Shown here piece after piece: positions 1 through 9,728 of a stretch of 36,392 nucleotides of DNA (the stretch's first letter is position 1; each line of letters starts with the position of its first letter). The position numbers and the translations under genes were made by a program. Source of the stretch: a virus (taxonomy: Duplodnaviria > Caudoviricetes); the IMG/VR virus record IMGVR_UViG_3300005611_001848, positions 1 to 36,392 of that record; one strand, given 5' to 3'. The notes under the pieces are model-generated. The model saw only the letters and a program-made list of their open reading frames with translations, ran no database searches and was not told the origin of the DNA.

Positions 1-73
1 TAAAAAAGAATACTCCTGGTGCTCCAATAATAAGAAGCGCAGTGATTACATAATATGTCAGAAGTTCAGCCAT
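1..73 (-). CDS. Small membrane protein, runs off the window edge (MAELLTYYVITALLIIGAPGVFFF...)
   Basis: Manual translation; the ATG overlaps the hli stop codon (TGATG); hydrophobic helix; not in the ORF track. Confidence 0.6.
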   Translation of the reverse strand, partial: MAELLTYYVITALLIIGAPGVFFF

Positions 74-291
74 CAGAATCCGAACGCACCAAAGAAAAAT
101 ACACTACCAGTAGTAGCATAGCTGACGATAGCAGCAATAAATCCAAGCATAGCAGTACGTCCATTTAACTTCTCCGCACGTTCTGCATAGGTTTCATATC
201 CATAACGCTCGGCATCAGACTTAGAGATGTACATCTGAGGTTCTTTGGCAAACATATTCTGTTGCCCAAACTCATTTGTTGTTACGGTCAT
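73..291 (-). CDS. hli: High-light-inducible protein
   Basis: AEKLNGRTAMLGF chlorophyll-binding helix motif; phage-type N-terminus TNEFGQQNMFAKEP. Confidence 0.95.
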   Translation of the reverse strand: MTVTTNEFGQQNMFAKEPQMYISKSDAERYGYETYAERAEKLNGRTAMLGFIAAIVSYATTGSVFFFGAFGF

Positions 292-317
292 TGTCTTGTG
301 TAAAGAACTATTACAAT

Positions 318-350
318 ATTATATAGTAATGTAACAACTCTGTCAAGAGT
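318..350 (-). promoter_or_regulatory. Sigma70-type promoter for hli
   Basis: TTGACA-N17-TATAAT on the minus strand; the -35 lies within the inverted repeat ACTCT-tgac-AGAGT. Confidence 0.8.
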
Positions 351-382
351 TTCGTTAGGAGATCTAGATATTATAAGTATTT

Positions 383-1084
383 TTACTTATTATTTTTATA
401 TGGTTTTCCATCTTTATCAAATCCATCAATGTCATAATAAACAGGAGTTCCTGTAAAATTATCTACAGGAGCAACTAACAAATAAGGTCCCGGAATTCTA
501 TCATTGTTCCAATCGTATGTTCTAAAATTAGTTGGATGAAAATGAATCGTTACGACCTTCTTACCAGGATTACGACAAGTATATCCAAGTTCTCTCATGT
601 GATATGTGATCTTATTGTCACATCCAGGTTTACCCATGGTATAGTTCATACTATCAGAACTTAATACTGGTGTCTTGAAAATCCATACATCTTGTGATGC
701 GGCATTTTCGTATGGTTCAATTTCCCAGTTTTTACCATCATTTGTAGATATTTCCCAACGACTCAAAGCATAAAACTGCATGGTCATATCAATATTTTTA
801 AAATATCGAAGAGTATCATCAAAAATAATATCCGCATTTGCAACAATACAGATCTCATTTTTCATGTGCTCATTACAATATTCAAATATATTCTGATATG
901 AAGGTCTATTCTCTCTAACTATTCTATGAATTTTAGGAGAGTCAAAATTTAATTCAGCATCATCTTCCATGAAAATGTATACATTATCAATCAAATCGTT
1001 GGCAAGATTTTGATGAAGACAATAAAGATACTCTCCGTTTCTCATATGATTACGAGAGTTGAAATATTCAATAACTAAATTCAT
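383..1084 (-). CDS. Putative GT-A-fold glycosyltransferase
   Basis: IVANADIIFD (NxD/DxD-like), SQDVWIF and GKPGCDN motifs; glycan-locus context. Confidence 0.6.
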   Translation of the reverse strand: MNLVIEYFNSRNHMRNGEYLYCLHQNLANDLIDNVYIFMEDDAELNFDSPKIHRIVRENRPSYQNIFEYCNEHMKNEICIVANADIIFDDTLRYFKNIDMTMQFYALSRWEISTNDGKNWEIEPYENAASQDVWIFKTPVLSSDSMNYTMGKPGCDNKITYHMRELGYTCRNPGKKVVTIHFHPTNFRTYDWNNDRIPGPYLLVAPVDNFTGTPVYYDIDGFDKDGKPYKNNK

Positions 1085-1977
1085 TGCTCAGAAATCCACT
1101 CCATCAGATTAACTTTTGGATCCCAACCAAAAGTAGTTTTTAACTTTGTATTGTTTGCCAGGGTAGTTCTTGCTTCTCCAATCCTTGGAGGAATATTTGT
1201 TTGATTCTCAGAGACTGCATCTGCAATTTCATTGATAGAATAGTTAACACCGTTACCAACATTATACAACTGACCATAGTTTTCATCATCAACATCTACC
1301 GTTGCCGCAAGCACATTAGCAGATACGACATCAGATACATGCGTAAAGTCTCTACGTTGCTCTCCATCACCAACGATTGTGAGAGATTCTTTATTATCAC
1401 GTTGACGTAGAAAGATGCCTATTACAGGAGCATACTGACCCTTTAGAGGTTGTCTTTCACCATACACATTAAAGTATCTGAAGAAAATAGTCTTCACACC
1501 AAAAAGATCATTATACATCTTACAAAGTTTTTCACCAGCAACCTTTGAAACTGAGTAAGGATTTAAACAGTCATCACGTTGAAGTTCATCATTGGGTGGT
1601 TCATTAAATCCATAACCAGATGAAGTAGAAGAATAAATTACTTTCTTTACACCTGCCTCACGGGCACACTGAAGAACAGTAACCGTGCCCACACAGTTCA
1701 CACTGACTGCCTCAATAGGATTCAAAATAGCAGGTTGAATTCTAGACTCGGCAGCAAGATGAAACACATAATCTATATTAGTCATTGAGTTTTTCAATAA
1801 CTTATAATCTCTAATGTCACCTTTTATATTGTAAGCCTTAGGATTTCTATAAAACTTTTCATTAGATTCTGCACTCTCATTATCATAACAAACAACTTCA
1901 TGACCCATCTCAAGAAGTTTATCTACAATGTGAGACCCAATGAATCCTGCTCCACCCGTAACCAAACTTTTAGTCAT
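1081..1977 (-). CDS. NAD-dependent nucleotide-sugar epimerase/dehydratase (extended SDR)
   Basis: TGGAGFIG, YSVSK (YxxxK), RYFNVYG and GDGEQRRDF motifs. Confidence 0.93.
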   Translation of the reverse strand: MTKSLVTGGAGFIGSHIVDKLLEMGHEVVCYDNESAESNEKFYRNPKAYNIKGDIRDYKLLKNSMTNIDYVFHLAAESRIQPAILNPIEAVSVNCVGTVTVLQCAREAGVKKVIYSSTSSGYGFNEPPNDELQRDDCLNPYSVSKVAGEKLCKMYNDLFGVKTIFFRYFNVYGERQPLKGQYAPVIGIFLRQRDNKESLTIVGDGEQRRDFTHVSDVVSANVLAATVDVDDENYGQLYNVGNGVNYSINEIADAVSENQTNIPPRIGEARTTLANNTKLKTTFGWDPKVNLMEWISEQ

Positions 1978-2696
1978 AACTTATCAATAGATTGTGAAAT
2001 TTTATTTTTTAATTTACTAGTAGAATATCCATGAGATCTATCTAACCAGACAATCTCAATTGAATTATCTTTACCAGTATAAGATCCATCCTTATAATCA
2101 TCACCCAAGAATCTTACATCGTAATGTTCAAGATAACTTAAAAATGTTTCTTCTTCTTGATATACTATAATATCATCAATATATATGATTGATTTTAATA
2201 TCTCTTTTCTTTCCTCCACAGTATGAACTGGTTTCATTTTATATGAACGTGATGCTGAAGGATCTTCATGAAGAGCAACTGTAAGGTGATTACAATGCCA
2301 CTTACACTCTTTGAACATTCTCACATATCCAGGATGAATAAGATCAAATGCTCCAGCAACAATACCTTTCAATTTTGGTTGAGAAGCTGCCCACTGATTT
2401 ACTTCAATACCTTTATCATCAATAAAAAGATCTGCAGTTGGTTTGTGGAACATGGGTTCAAATTCGTGATACTTGTAACCCCACATCGATAATTGGTTGC
2501 GAGTTAGATCGGTGTAATCAATACCAGATCCTCTTCCACGAGCAGTCATCATAATAATATGATGTCCTTGATCATATAGATTGTTGACTGCTCTCACCAT
2601 CCAAGGAAGAGGAATAGCATTGTAGTAATCTGGTTTCCCATTCACCTTATTAGGTGTATGGCACAACGTGCCATCAATATCAAAACAATACCTCAT
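1974..2696 (-). CDS. Fusion of a HAD-family phosphatase and a cytidylyltransferase-like (TagD/RfaE-II) nucleotidyltransferase
   Basis: N-terminal FDIDGTL...TARG...KP.ADLFIDDK; C-terminal GAFDLIHPGY...GDDY...RSHGYSTS; start moved to the ATG at 2696, which overlaps the upstream stop (ATGA). Confidence 0.85.
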   Translation of the reverse strand: MRYCFDIDGTLCHTPNKVNGKPDYYNAIPLPWMVRAVNNLYDQGHHIIMMTARGRGSGIDYTDLTRNQLSMWGYKYHEFEPMFHKPTADLFIDDKGIEVNQWAASQPKLKGIVAGAFDLIHPGYVRMFKECKWHCNHLTVALHEDPSASRSYKMKPVHTVEERKEILKSIIYIDDIIVYQEEETFLSYLEHYDVRFLGDDYKDGSYTGKDNSIEIVWLDRSHGYSTSKLKNKISQSIDKL

Positions 2697-3196
2697 ACAA
2701 CCCCGTGCAGGAAAATCTGATGAACACATTCTACCACACCATAAGACTTACTTGCAATATGATAGTTCCACAGAGCATTGATTGCCATGGTTCTAATAGT
2801 ATTTTCAGGAGAGAATCCCGTCAGAATACCATAGTTGACCTTGTTTTCTTCACACCAGGTTAGACAATTTAAAATGTTCTTTGATTCTCCACCAGAACTC
2901 ATCAGAACAACAAGAGTTTCATCCTCCACATAGTACTCTAGAAACTTTTGATATGCATTTTCATACCCAAAATCATTTGTGAGCATGGTGAGCATTGATG
3001 GATCAGAAAGAATTGAAACTTTCTTACCTCTAAATTTCATATAGTCTTGAGAAATGTGAGAGGCAACTGAACTACTGCCACCATTTCCCAAAATAATAAT
3101 TCTACTATGATTTTCAAATGCCTCTCGAAACTTCTCAAACTCATTACCCATGTGGGCAGATTCAAGAGTATCAATATATTCTCTAAATGGATTCAT
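2693..3196 (-). CDS. gmhA: SIS-domain phosphoheptose (sedoheptulose-7-phosphate) isomerase
   Basis: GNGGS, NDFGYE, SSGGESKN and ECVH motifs; adjacent to a heptose kinase. Confidence 0.8.
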   Translation of the reverse strand: MNPFREYIDTLESAHMGNEFEKFREAFENHSRIIILGNGGSSSVASHISQDYMKFRGKKVSILSDPSMLTMLTNDFGYENAYQKFLEYYVEDETLVVLMSSGGESKNILNCLTWCEENKVNYGILTGFSPENTIRTMAINALWNYHIASKSYGVVECVHQIFLHGVV

Positions 3197-4140
3197 ACAA
3201 TTCTACCAACTACACCATTAGACTCAATATCTATTTTAATAGAATCTTGTGAAATTTTCAAGGTGTTAGGTTTAGAAAAAGTTAGAAAAAACCCTCCATT
3301 ACCAGCACCACATAATTTATGAGATAAAACAGTATTGTTATCACTCAACTCCTCATCCATTTTACGAATAATTTGATTTTCGGCAATCAAAGAACTAGTA
3401 TTCTTTTTCTGCTTCCAACTTTCAGACATTAATTTTAAAACAGTATCATACTCTTTACTATAAAGAGCTCTGTGTGCCTCATCAACAATATCCAAAAGTG
3501 GGAGAGACTTATTAATGTTTGATGTTACGTCTTTCAACACTATCTTAGAATTTCTAGTTACTCCTGTAAAGATTAGATGAGCATCATAATTTCTAAAAAA
3601 GTCTGTTGATAAGAAATTATATTTGATGTTTCCATTACTCTCAAAATCAATTCTTTTGAATCCACCAATACCACATCCATAAGGATCTTGATATCCACAA
3701 TAGGGATTCATCTCCTGCTCCAATAAAAATGCAAGATCACATATCTCATTGTCGGACATTTCTATTTCCTTATACAGACAAATAGATTTGATGAGAGATA
3801 TAATGTAAGACGAAGAAGATGCTAATCCACTACCTTGCGAATAAGCATCACTCAACATAGAGATGGAAAGAGGTAAACACCCAAAGTAGTTGAGAACAAT
3901 CCGAACTAGTTCGTTTTGAATGTCTCCTATAAATTCAGTCTCTTCTCTTTTTGAATAATTGATAATATATTTCTTACCCTGAACATTATATCCTAACTTG
4001 TCCTCATGTAAGGTGATATAAGTTTTTAAATTACTTGCAAAACTAATTACAGATCCTCTACCATATTTCTCAACAAAGTATGGATTATCAGTAGATCCTC
4101 CAAAAAGAGAGATCCTCAAAGGGCAACTTGAGATGATCAT
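3193..4140 (-). CDS. hddA: GHMP kinase, D-glycero-alpha-D-manno-heptose-7-phosphate kinase-like
   Basis: PLRISLFGGSTD, GSGLASSS, GYQD and KLCGAGNGGF motifs. Confidence 0.85.
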   Translation of the reverse strand: MIISSCPLRISLFGGSTDNPYFVEKYGRGSVISFASNLKTYITLHEDKLGYNVQGKKYIINYSKREETEFIGDIQNELVRIVLNYFGCLPLSISMLSDAYSQGSGLASSSSYIISLIKSICLYKEIEMSDNEICDLAFLLEQEMNPYCGYQDPYGCGIGGFKRIDFESNGNIKYNFLSTDFFRNYDAHLIFTGVTRNSKIVLKDVTSNINKSLPLLDIVDEAHRALYSKEYDTVLKLMSESWKQKKNTSSLIAENQIIRKMDEELSDNNTVLSHKLCGAGNGGFFLTFSKPNTLKISQDSIKIDIESNGVVGRIV

Positions 4141-4293
4141 TAAACGTTTTTATTTTTAAAGAGCAATCCTCTATTAATAAAGTGAGGTATGAAATATGGA
4201 ACGTTAGGAATTTTCATTACCGATAGAACATCCTCCAAGGTGCCCCTCAATAATATCAGGACCGTGTGTTTGATCTAAAACTTCTGCTGTCAT
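4140..4293 (-). pseudogene. Internally deleted, frameshifted gene remnant (possibly a methyltransferase)
   Basis: The 5' piece MTAEVLDQTHGPDIIEGHLGGCSIG.. starts at an ATGA overlap with the upstream stop. The 3' piece ..PNVPYFIPHFINRGLLFKNKNV* is in another frame and ends at a TAATG overlap with hddA. Confidence 0.55.
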
Positions 4294-5288
4294 TTTAAGT
4301 AAACCTCATTGAATTCATTCATTACTTTTTCTGCAGTGTAATCACTACAGTATTTGCCCCATTCCAAACTATTGATTTCTTTCTTATCTAAGTTAGTTAG
4401 AATAAAAAATAGATCATGCCCATCTTTATAATAAATGGCATCTTCACCCATAACATAAATGTGTCCAGTATCATAATAACTTGGAGGATTTGGGGTATTC
4501 CAAGTTATGACTGGTTTGTTGCGAATAGAAAACTCTGCAGTAGATAGACTAAAGATTTCTCCATCATATCTAGCATGTATCATAGCATCGCAAGTATTCA
4601 CAAACTTTGCTTTGTATTCTTCCTCCATAGTCCACGGAAGATATATTACTCTTTCATGCTTTACAAATGGTCGTGTGTTTAAAAATACAAACCAAAGATC
4701 ACTTCGTCTCTCCAAAGCAGAGACAATAGCATCGTGAGTAAAACTAAGGTTGAAGGTGTCATTTCCTCCATGTCTTCCGAGAACTAACGCATCCTTAGGA
4801 ATCCCAAACTCTTCTCTAAAATCATCCTCAACGTGTTGTGCTTCCTTTTCAAGGATATGATGAACGTATGGGTGAATTCCTCCGTGCTTTTCAGAGATGT
4901 ATTTGCACACACCGGAGTATACATCTCCATGTGGTTGATCCATTCTAAAAATACAATGAGACAGTCTTTTTGTATTAGTGGGCATAAACCCATCATCTTC
5001 CCCACCTTTGATTGCGTAGAATACATCCACATTATTATTTTCACAAATTCCTTCTAGGGTAGATCTCAATGAATCGTTCTTACCATCATTGATCCAAACA
5101 TCTGGATAGAGAATTGTTTCAAACTCTTTAAATCTATCTAATGATGGAGTTGGTCTGGAACTGGTAGAAATGATTATAGATTCATTTCCTAGAATTTCTC
5201 TATTGTATTTTGCATACTTATAAAGACAAATCTCAGTTCCACGATCACCTAACTGATAACTATGAAATGCTATTTTCTTTTTACTCAT
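4290..5288 (-). CDS. GT-B-fold glycosyltransferase (GT4-like)
   Basis: RGTE N-terminal motif; CDAMIHARYDGEIFSLSTAEF resembles the GT4 E-x7-E region. Confidence 0.75.
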   Translation of the reverse strand: MSKKKIAFHSYQLGDRGTEICLYKYAKYNREILGNESIIISTSSRPTPSLDRFKEFETILYPDVWINDGKNDSLRSTLEGICENNNVDVFYAIKGGEDDGFMPTNTKRLSHCIFRMDQPHGDVYSGVCKYISEKHGGIHPYVHHILEKEAQHVEDDFREEFGIPKDALVLGRHGGNDTFNLSFTHDAIVSALERRSDLWFVFLNTRPFVKHERVIYLPWTMEEEYKAKFVNTCDAMIHARYDGEIFSLSTAEFSIRNKPVITWNTPNPPSYYDTGHIYVMGEDAIYYKDGHDLFFILTNLDKKEINSLEWGKYCSDYTAEKVMNEFNEVYLK

Positions 5289-5997
5289 AATCAAAAATAG
5301 ATTGGACTGTTTTGGTATTCATATAATCCTTAAGGATTTTTGCATTGGGAACCACACAGTGTCCTCCGATCTTTTTGGTTGCATAAAGAACTGGTCTAAC
5401 AACATTTGGTTTACCAAGTTCAGTATATCCTTCATTGTAAGTTTGATTATAAAGTGTCATGACTTCATCAAATTCAAGTTCCTCATTTTCACATACCTGA
5501 GCAACATCAGCGTGGAATGCAATACAGACACCATAGTAAGTAGTATCTAACAACTTAGCATATTCAGTAGTCTTACTATTCTTACAGATGTGAGTTTTGA
5601 TTCCTATACCATTTAGATGTTCTTGATATAAAGATGCTGCTTCTTGATTCACTGGACCAATATACTTCAAGAAGGTCTTCATACCCAAGTCAAGATTGGG
5701 ATGAAGACCTCTCATAGGAGAGTGGCATACCTTACCACCAATAAGTTCGGTGGTTCCAGGAGCAACTGTAGAATGAACAATCGTATATCCAGGATTAGAT
5801 TGTGAGATATAATCCTGGACAACTTTTACAAAGTCTTTAATGAAGGGAATGCAGATATTCAGAATATCCACACCGACAATATCATCATTACGATTTTGAT
5901 ATGGATCTACAACCCGAACATCAAATCCTTCAAGAGATTCGTATACTTTGTCGATACTGCTTCCTATCTCACCATATCCAATAATCCCAATCTTCAT
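5281..5997 (-). CDS. UDP-glucose/GDP-mannose dehydrogenase family protein (NAD-binding and central domains only)
   Basis: GIIGYGEIG, STVAPGTT, EYAKL and catalytic GGHC motifs; ~238 aa; start at the TGATG overlap. Confidence 0.8.
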   Translation of the reverse strand: MKIGIIGYGEIGSSIDKVYESLEGFDVRVVDPYQNRNDDIVGVDILNICIPFIKDFVKVVQDYISQSNPGYTIVHSTVAPGTTELIGGKVCHSPMRGLHPNLDLGMKTFLKYIGPVNQEAASLYQEHLNGIGIKTHICKNSKTTEYAKLLDTTYYGVCIAFHADVAQVCENEELEFDEVMTLYNQTYNEGYTELGKPNVVRPVLYATKKIGGHCVVPNAKILKDYMNTKTVQSIFDYE

Positions 5998-6971
5998 CAG
6001 ACACAAACTCCACTTTTATAATATTCTACCACTTCTTGGATAACCTCGTCAACTCCTTTAGTTGCTTTCCATCCAAGTCTCTCTTTGATCTTTTCACTGT
6101 TAGGAATCTTCTCTGGTGCCTCTGCGAACAATGGACCATGAAGTTCTATTGGATCAATGTTTACAATTTTAGATTCTGTATTGGTAATTTCTTTTACCCT
6201 TTCGGCAAGATAAAGAATTGTTCTCTCATTCTTTTCATTGCCAATATTCCACTCTTCATTCCAATCATTATCGTCTGCAATTGAAGTTAAGTAGATACCA
6301 TCAACAATATCTTTGACCCAAGTGAAAGCTCTAAGTTGAAGACCATCATAATACACGGTAATATCTTCACCGTTCAGTGCTTGATTAACAAATCTTGGAA
6401 GAACAAATCCACCGTCAGGAAGTTGATACTTACCAGTTACATTGAACGGTCTAATAATTTGATATCTAAAATCAGGATTGATCTTTGCCTGATTAGTTAG
6501 AACAATTTCTGATAAAAGTTTAGCAATTGCATACTCATTTCTTACAGTGAATTCTCCATGAAGAACTTTATCACCCCCTTCTTCAAGGTAACTCTTCTCA
6601 TCACGATGTCCATAAATCTCAGAGGTTGAGATAAACACTAGTGGACAATTATTATACTTTGCTGCATTGACCGCCCAGTAAATATCATCAAGAATAATTC
6701 TTGCCATATTACCAGAGTGTTTGAGAACTCCAACTGGTCCAACAGGAGAGGCAAGGTGAAGAACAAGGTCCGCCGTTGGTAGAGTCTTGTAATCAACATC
6801 CAGAATATCTTTTTGGATAACTTCAACGTTTTCCAAAATAGGATGATCCAAGGGAATAGCATTTGTAGACATATTATCTACAACACATACATCCCAACCA
6901 ACAGACTTCCATTTTTCTATACAATGAGATCCAATAAATCCCATTCCACCAGTCACTAATACTTTACTCAT
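5997..6971 (-). CDS. NAD-dependent epimerase/dehydratase (UDP-glucuronate decarboxylase-like SDR)
   Basis: TGGMGFIG, HLASPVGP, STSEIYG, YAIAK and RPFNVTG motifs. Confidence 0.88.
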   Translation of the reverse strand: MSKVLVTGGMGFIGSHCIEKWKSVGWDVCVVDNMSTNAIPLDHPILENVEVIQKDILDVDYKTLPTADLVLHLASPVGPVGVLKHSGNMARIILDDIYWAVNAAKYNNCPLVFISTSEIYGHRDEKSYLEEGGDKVLHGEFTVRNEYAIAKLLSEIVLTNQAKINPDFRYQIIRPFNVTGKYQLPDGGFVLPRFVNQALNGEDITVYYDGLQLRAFTWVKDIVDGIYLTSIADDNDWNEEWNIGNEKNERTILYLAERVKEITNTESKIVNIDPIELHGPLFAEAPEKIPNSEKIKERLGWKATKGVDEVIQEVVEYYKSGVCV

Positions 6972-7914
6972 TTAAGGACAAGACCTCAATAATTTTTTTT
7001 GCTCTTGATTTTGTAGTACCTACACTATGCAACCATTCTCTTTGTTTTTCAAGCATCAATAGGTACTTGTCTGTCGGTTTATTATCAACCACTAATTCAG
7101 ACATCAGACTATATAGTTGTTCTTTTGAAGAGTAGAAATAGCAGGGCAACTCCTGAGGAGAACATAGTCTGGGTTTCTTATGATAATCTCTAAACAGAAG
7201 TAGAGAACCGGCCGCTATAATTTCATAGTGTCTAAGGCAATCCCATCCACCTTTCTTACAGGTAAGACCAAACCAAGATCTTGATAGGTCATTGTAATAG
7301 TCTTCTTCAACAGTAAATTTATGGTGCGAAAATCCTCCACCCATATCTACAGTATTTTCAAACAAAGAATCGAAAGGAGCAGTCTTCTGATAAAGTTGGT
7401 CTTTGATTGAAAGGTCAACTTCTATTATCCTTTCTTCAGGGATACCAAACCCAGTGGGATACACACTATCATCAGTCTCAACTAGTTCTCTTTTAAAACA
7501 ATTAGTAAACTGAGTTCCTATGATAGTCTCATCATTATGAGAGATTATTCTAGGAGCATTTCCATATAAGTCATGTCCGTCAATGATCCACACATTACCA
7601 TCAGCAAGTTCATTCACACCTTTAATATCTGGAACTTCTCCATACATATGTCCATCACCATAGATCACATAGTCAAACTTCCGATTGAATATATCTCTAT
7701 CTGTTATATCTTGAATTGGCGTAGTTAATAAGGAGAATCCTCTTCCATGCAAGGTATCTTTTGGTGTATCAGAAAAGTCATGATACATTATTTTTTTTCT
7801 TGGATAATCTACACAGTCTTCACCAAGAACTGTTCTCAAACCATGAAGTAAAGAAACTTCAAGTAAGTCTCCCTGTTTTGTTGGATCCTGTGTTGTTATG
7901 AATAATATTTTCAT
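6964..7914 (-). CDS. Putative glycosyltransferase (GT-B-like C-terminus)
   Basis: FKREL and KKGGWDCLRHYEIIAAG motifs; locus context. Confidence 0.6.
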   Translation of the reverse strand: MKILFITTQDPTKQGDLLEVSLLHGLRTVLGEDCVDYPRKKIMYHDFSDTPKDTLHGRGFSLLTTPIQDITDRDIFNRKFDYVIYGDGHMYGEVPDIKGVNELADGNVWIIDGHDLYGNAPRIISHNDETIIGTQFTNCFKRELVETDDSVYPTGFGIPEERIIEVDLSIKDQLYQKTAPFDSLFENTVDMGGGFSHHKFTVEEDYYNDLSRSWFGLTCKKGGWDCLRHYEIIAAGSLLLFRDYHKKPRLCSPQELPCYFYSSKEQLYSLMSELVVDNKPTDKYLLMLEKQREWLHSVGTTKSRAKKIIEVLSLNE

Positions 7915-7937
7915 TTATTTACATTATCGAATACATG

Positions 7938-8675
7938 CTAAAAACTCTCCAAAATTTTTCTGTTGTTTAGTATTTTAGATCCAGATGGACCAGATCCTGG
8001 TCGATATCTAGGATCGTACATAATATCTAGTTGAGAATAATTCCAGGACATCCAAGAGGAACTAATATCTTCTCTACCTTCTCCCAGAGTCTTATCCCAT
8101 TCAGGATAACTCTCTTCATCTAATTTTTGATATACAACTTCAGAAGACATATCATATTTCTCTTCCCAAAACTTACCAGATAATACAGCACCAGGAACAT
8201 TCAAGGGAGACTTCCAACTCATATCATATGTTCCCTCTTGACTTTCATACAAAGCCAGGTTTGCTTTCTTTATTCTCCAGACCCAATCTCGGTCTTCCCA
8301 TCCACCATATGTAAATCTTTGATCCCACCAACCAATCTTACGAATTAACTGTTTAGAGAATCCCATGAACCCGACATTATAAAGTAGAACACATGCATAT
8401 CCATTCTCCAAAAGATATAACATTTTCTCAACTTCATCAACGGTTGGATGAGTTCTATCATTAATTAAAATAATCCACTCATCATCACTTGTAGCAACAG
8501 AATGATTGATTAGTTCAGAATAAGACTCATACATTCCAGGATTTCTATCAATTCTATTATTCCATGTAATTTTATACTTTGAACTCAAGGGAGAAAGTGC
8601 ATCCATTTGAGCATTAACAATATCTTGACTACATCCACAGTGAAGACATATAGTAAAGTTTTTATTTTTTTTCAT
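7938..8675 (-). CDS. GT2-like glycosyltransferase
   Basis: ILIND and IGWWDQRFTYGGWEDRD (GxxDExF..G.ED.D) motifs. Confidence 0.75.
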   Translation of the reverse strand: MKKNKNFTICLHCGCSQDIVNAQMDALSPLSSKYKITWNNRIDRNPGMYESYSELINHSVATSDDEWIILINDRTHPTVDEVEKMLYLLENGYACVLLYNVGFMGFSKQLIRKIGWWDQRFTYGGWEDRDWVWRIKKANLALYESQEGTYDMSWKSPLNVPGAVLSGKFWEEKYDMSSEVVYQKLDEESYPEWDKTLGEGREDISSSWMSWNYSQLDIMYDPRYRPGSGPSGSKILNNRKILESF

Positions 8676-8679
8676 TCAT

Positions 8680-8976
8680 TTAACCTTTATCCTTGTTTCG
8701 ATAAATTTTATTCTTCAGTTCTAAAAGATCACCATCTAATTTATTAAGTTTTCGTATTTCTCCAGAAACATAACAAAAATTGTCTTCCATAGAATCAAGT
8801 CTCTCATCAAAAATTTTCATCCATTCAACAATAGAGTATCTTTCCCCTGTCTTCTGATCCTTCACCATATAAAATTGATCCATTTCAGGATCCGTAGTTT
8901 TATATGGATAAAGACGATACTCTAATTCAGATGCAACAGTCCAAAGCAAAACTCTTATCTTAAATAAAAAATTCAT
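8680..8976 (-). CDS. Hypothetical protein
   Basis: 98-aa ORF filling the operon, ATGA overlap. Confidence 0.65.
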   Translation of the reverse strand: MNFLFKIRVLLWTVASELEYRLYPYKTTDPEMDQFYMVKDQKTGERYSIVEWMKIFDERLDSMEDNFCYVSGEIRKLNKLDGDLLELKNKIYRNKDKG

Positions 8977-9728
8977 TTATCAAACCACTCCTTTCTCCAT
9001 TGTTGACCGCCAGCAAAGTGGCGAATAATTACATCTTCTTTATTTACTTTGTTAATTAAGAACTGACAATTAGATTCACCTTCTAATTCAGTAACGTTCC
9101 AAGCAGTAGGAAGAATCTCTACATGTTCATAAAGTTCTTCTAAAGAATAGACAGTCCATTCAGTTTTATCAGAATGCCATCCATAATCTGGAAGATTCCA
9201 AAAAGGTTCATCAGAATGTCTTTTAATTCCAGCAAGAGAATACCAGGATGCCTGTTCCCTAAACTCATGCCAAAAACTATTCACATAACCAAACCTTTCG
9301 TGCCTGGATACAGCATCATTAAGAGCTTGATATCTGTCTTCGGAAAGAATATTAGAAACCAACTGGCGAGACCAATCATTAATTTTAATAGAAAAATTTC
9401 CCATGCAGTGAGTATTTCCAGAGTCGATAGAATATGAAAAAGATTTGTTTGTTTGATACAGTTCATCAATATTTGAGATGCACATGTCGGCATCTAAATG
9501 TGTAACGATATCTCCATCAGTTACATATTCTTCCTCAAGCATTTGCTCAAGAATAGTGAACTTCAACCAGGTATAATTTCCACGATACTTATAGAGATCA
9601 TCCTTAAGTTCAAGATACTCAAATCCATGTTTATCAGCATACTCTTGATTTCTTGGAGACATATAAGTATCAAAAAATTGCTGCCTTTGATCGGCATAAG
9701 AACCAAAAACTAATAATACCTTTTTCAT
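8973..9728 (-). CDS. GT34 (GMA12/MNN10 galactosyl/mannosyltransferase)-like protein
   Basis: YADKHGFEY, WLK, LDAD, EQ and HFAGG motifs. Confidence 0.7.
   Translation of the reverse strand: MKKVLLVFGSYADQRQQFFDTYMSPRNQEYADKHGFEYLELKDDLYKYRGNYTWLKFTILEQMLEEEYVTDGDIVTHLDADMCISNIDELYQTNKSFSYSIDSGNTHCMGNFSIKINDWSRQLVSNILSEDRYQALNDAVSRHERFGYVNSFWHEFREQASWYSLAGIKRHSDEPFWNLPDYGWHSDKTEWTVYSLEELYEHVEILPTAWNVTELEGESNCQFLINKVNKEDVIIRHFAGGQQWRKEWFDK

Noticed and set aside
299-315. NtcA or RpaB (HLR1) site at the hli promoter
   Set aside because: The palindrome is GTA-N9-TAC rather than N8, and TTACA half-sites are not in a 10-nt direct repeat.
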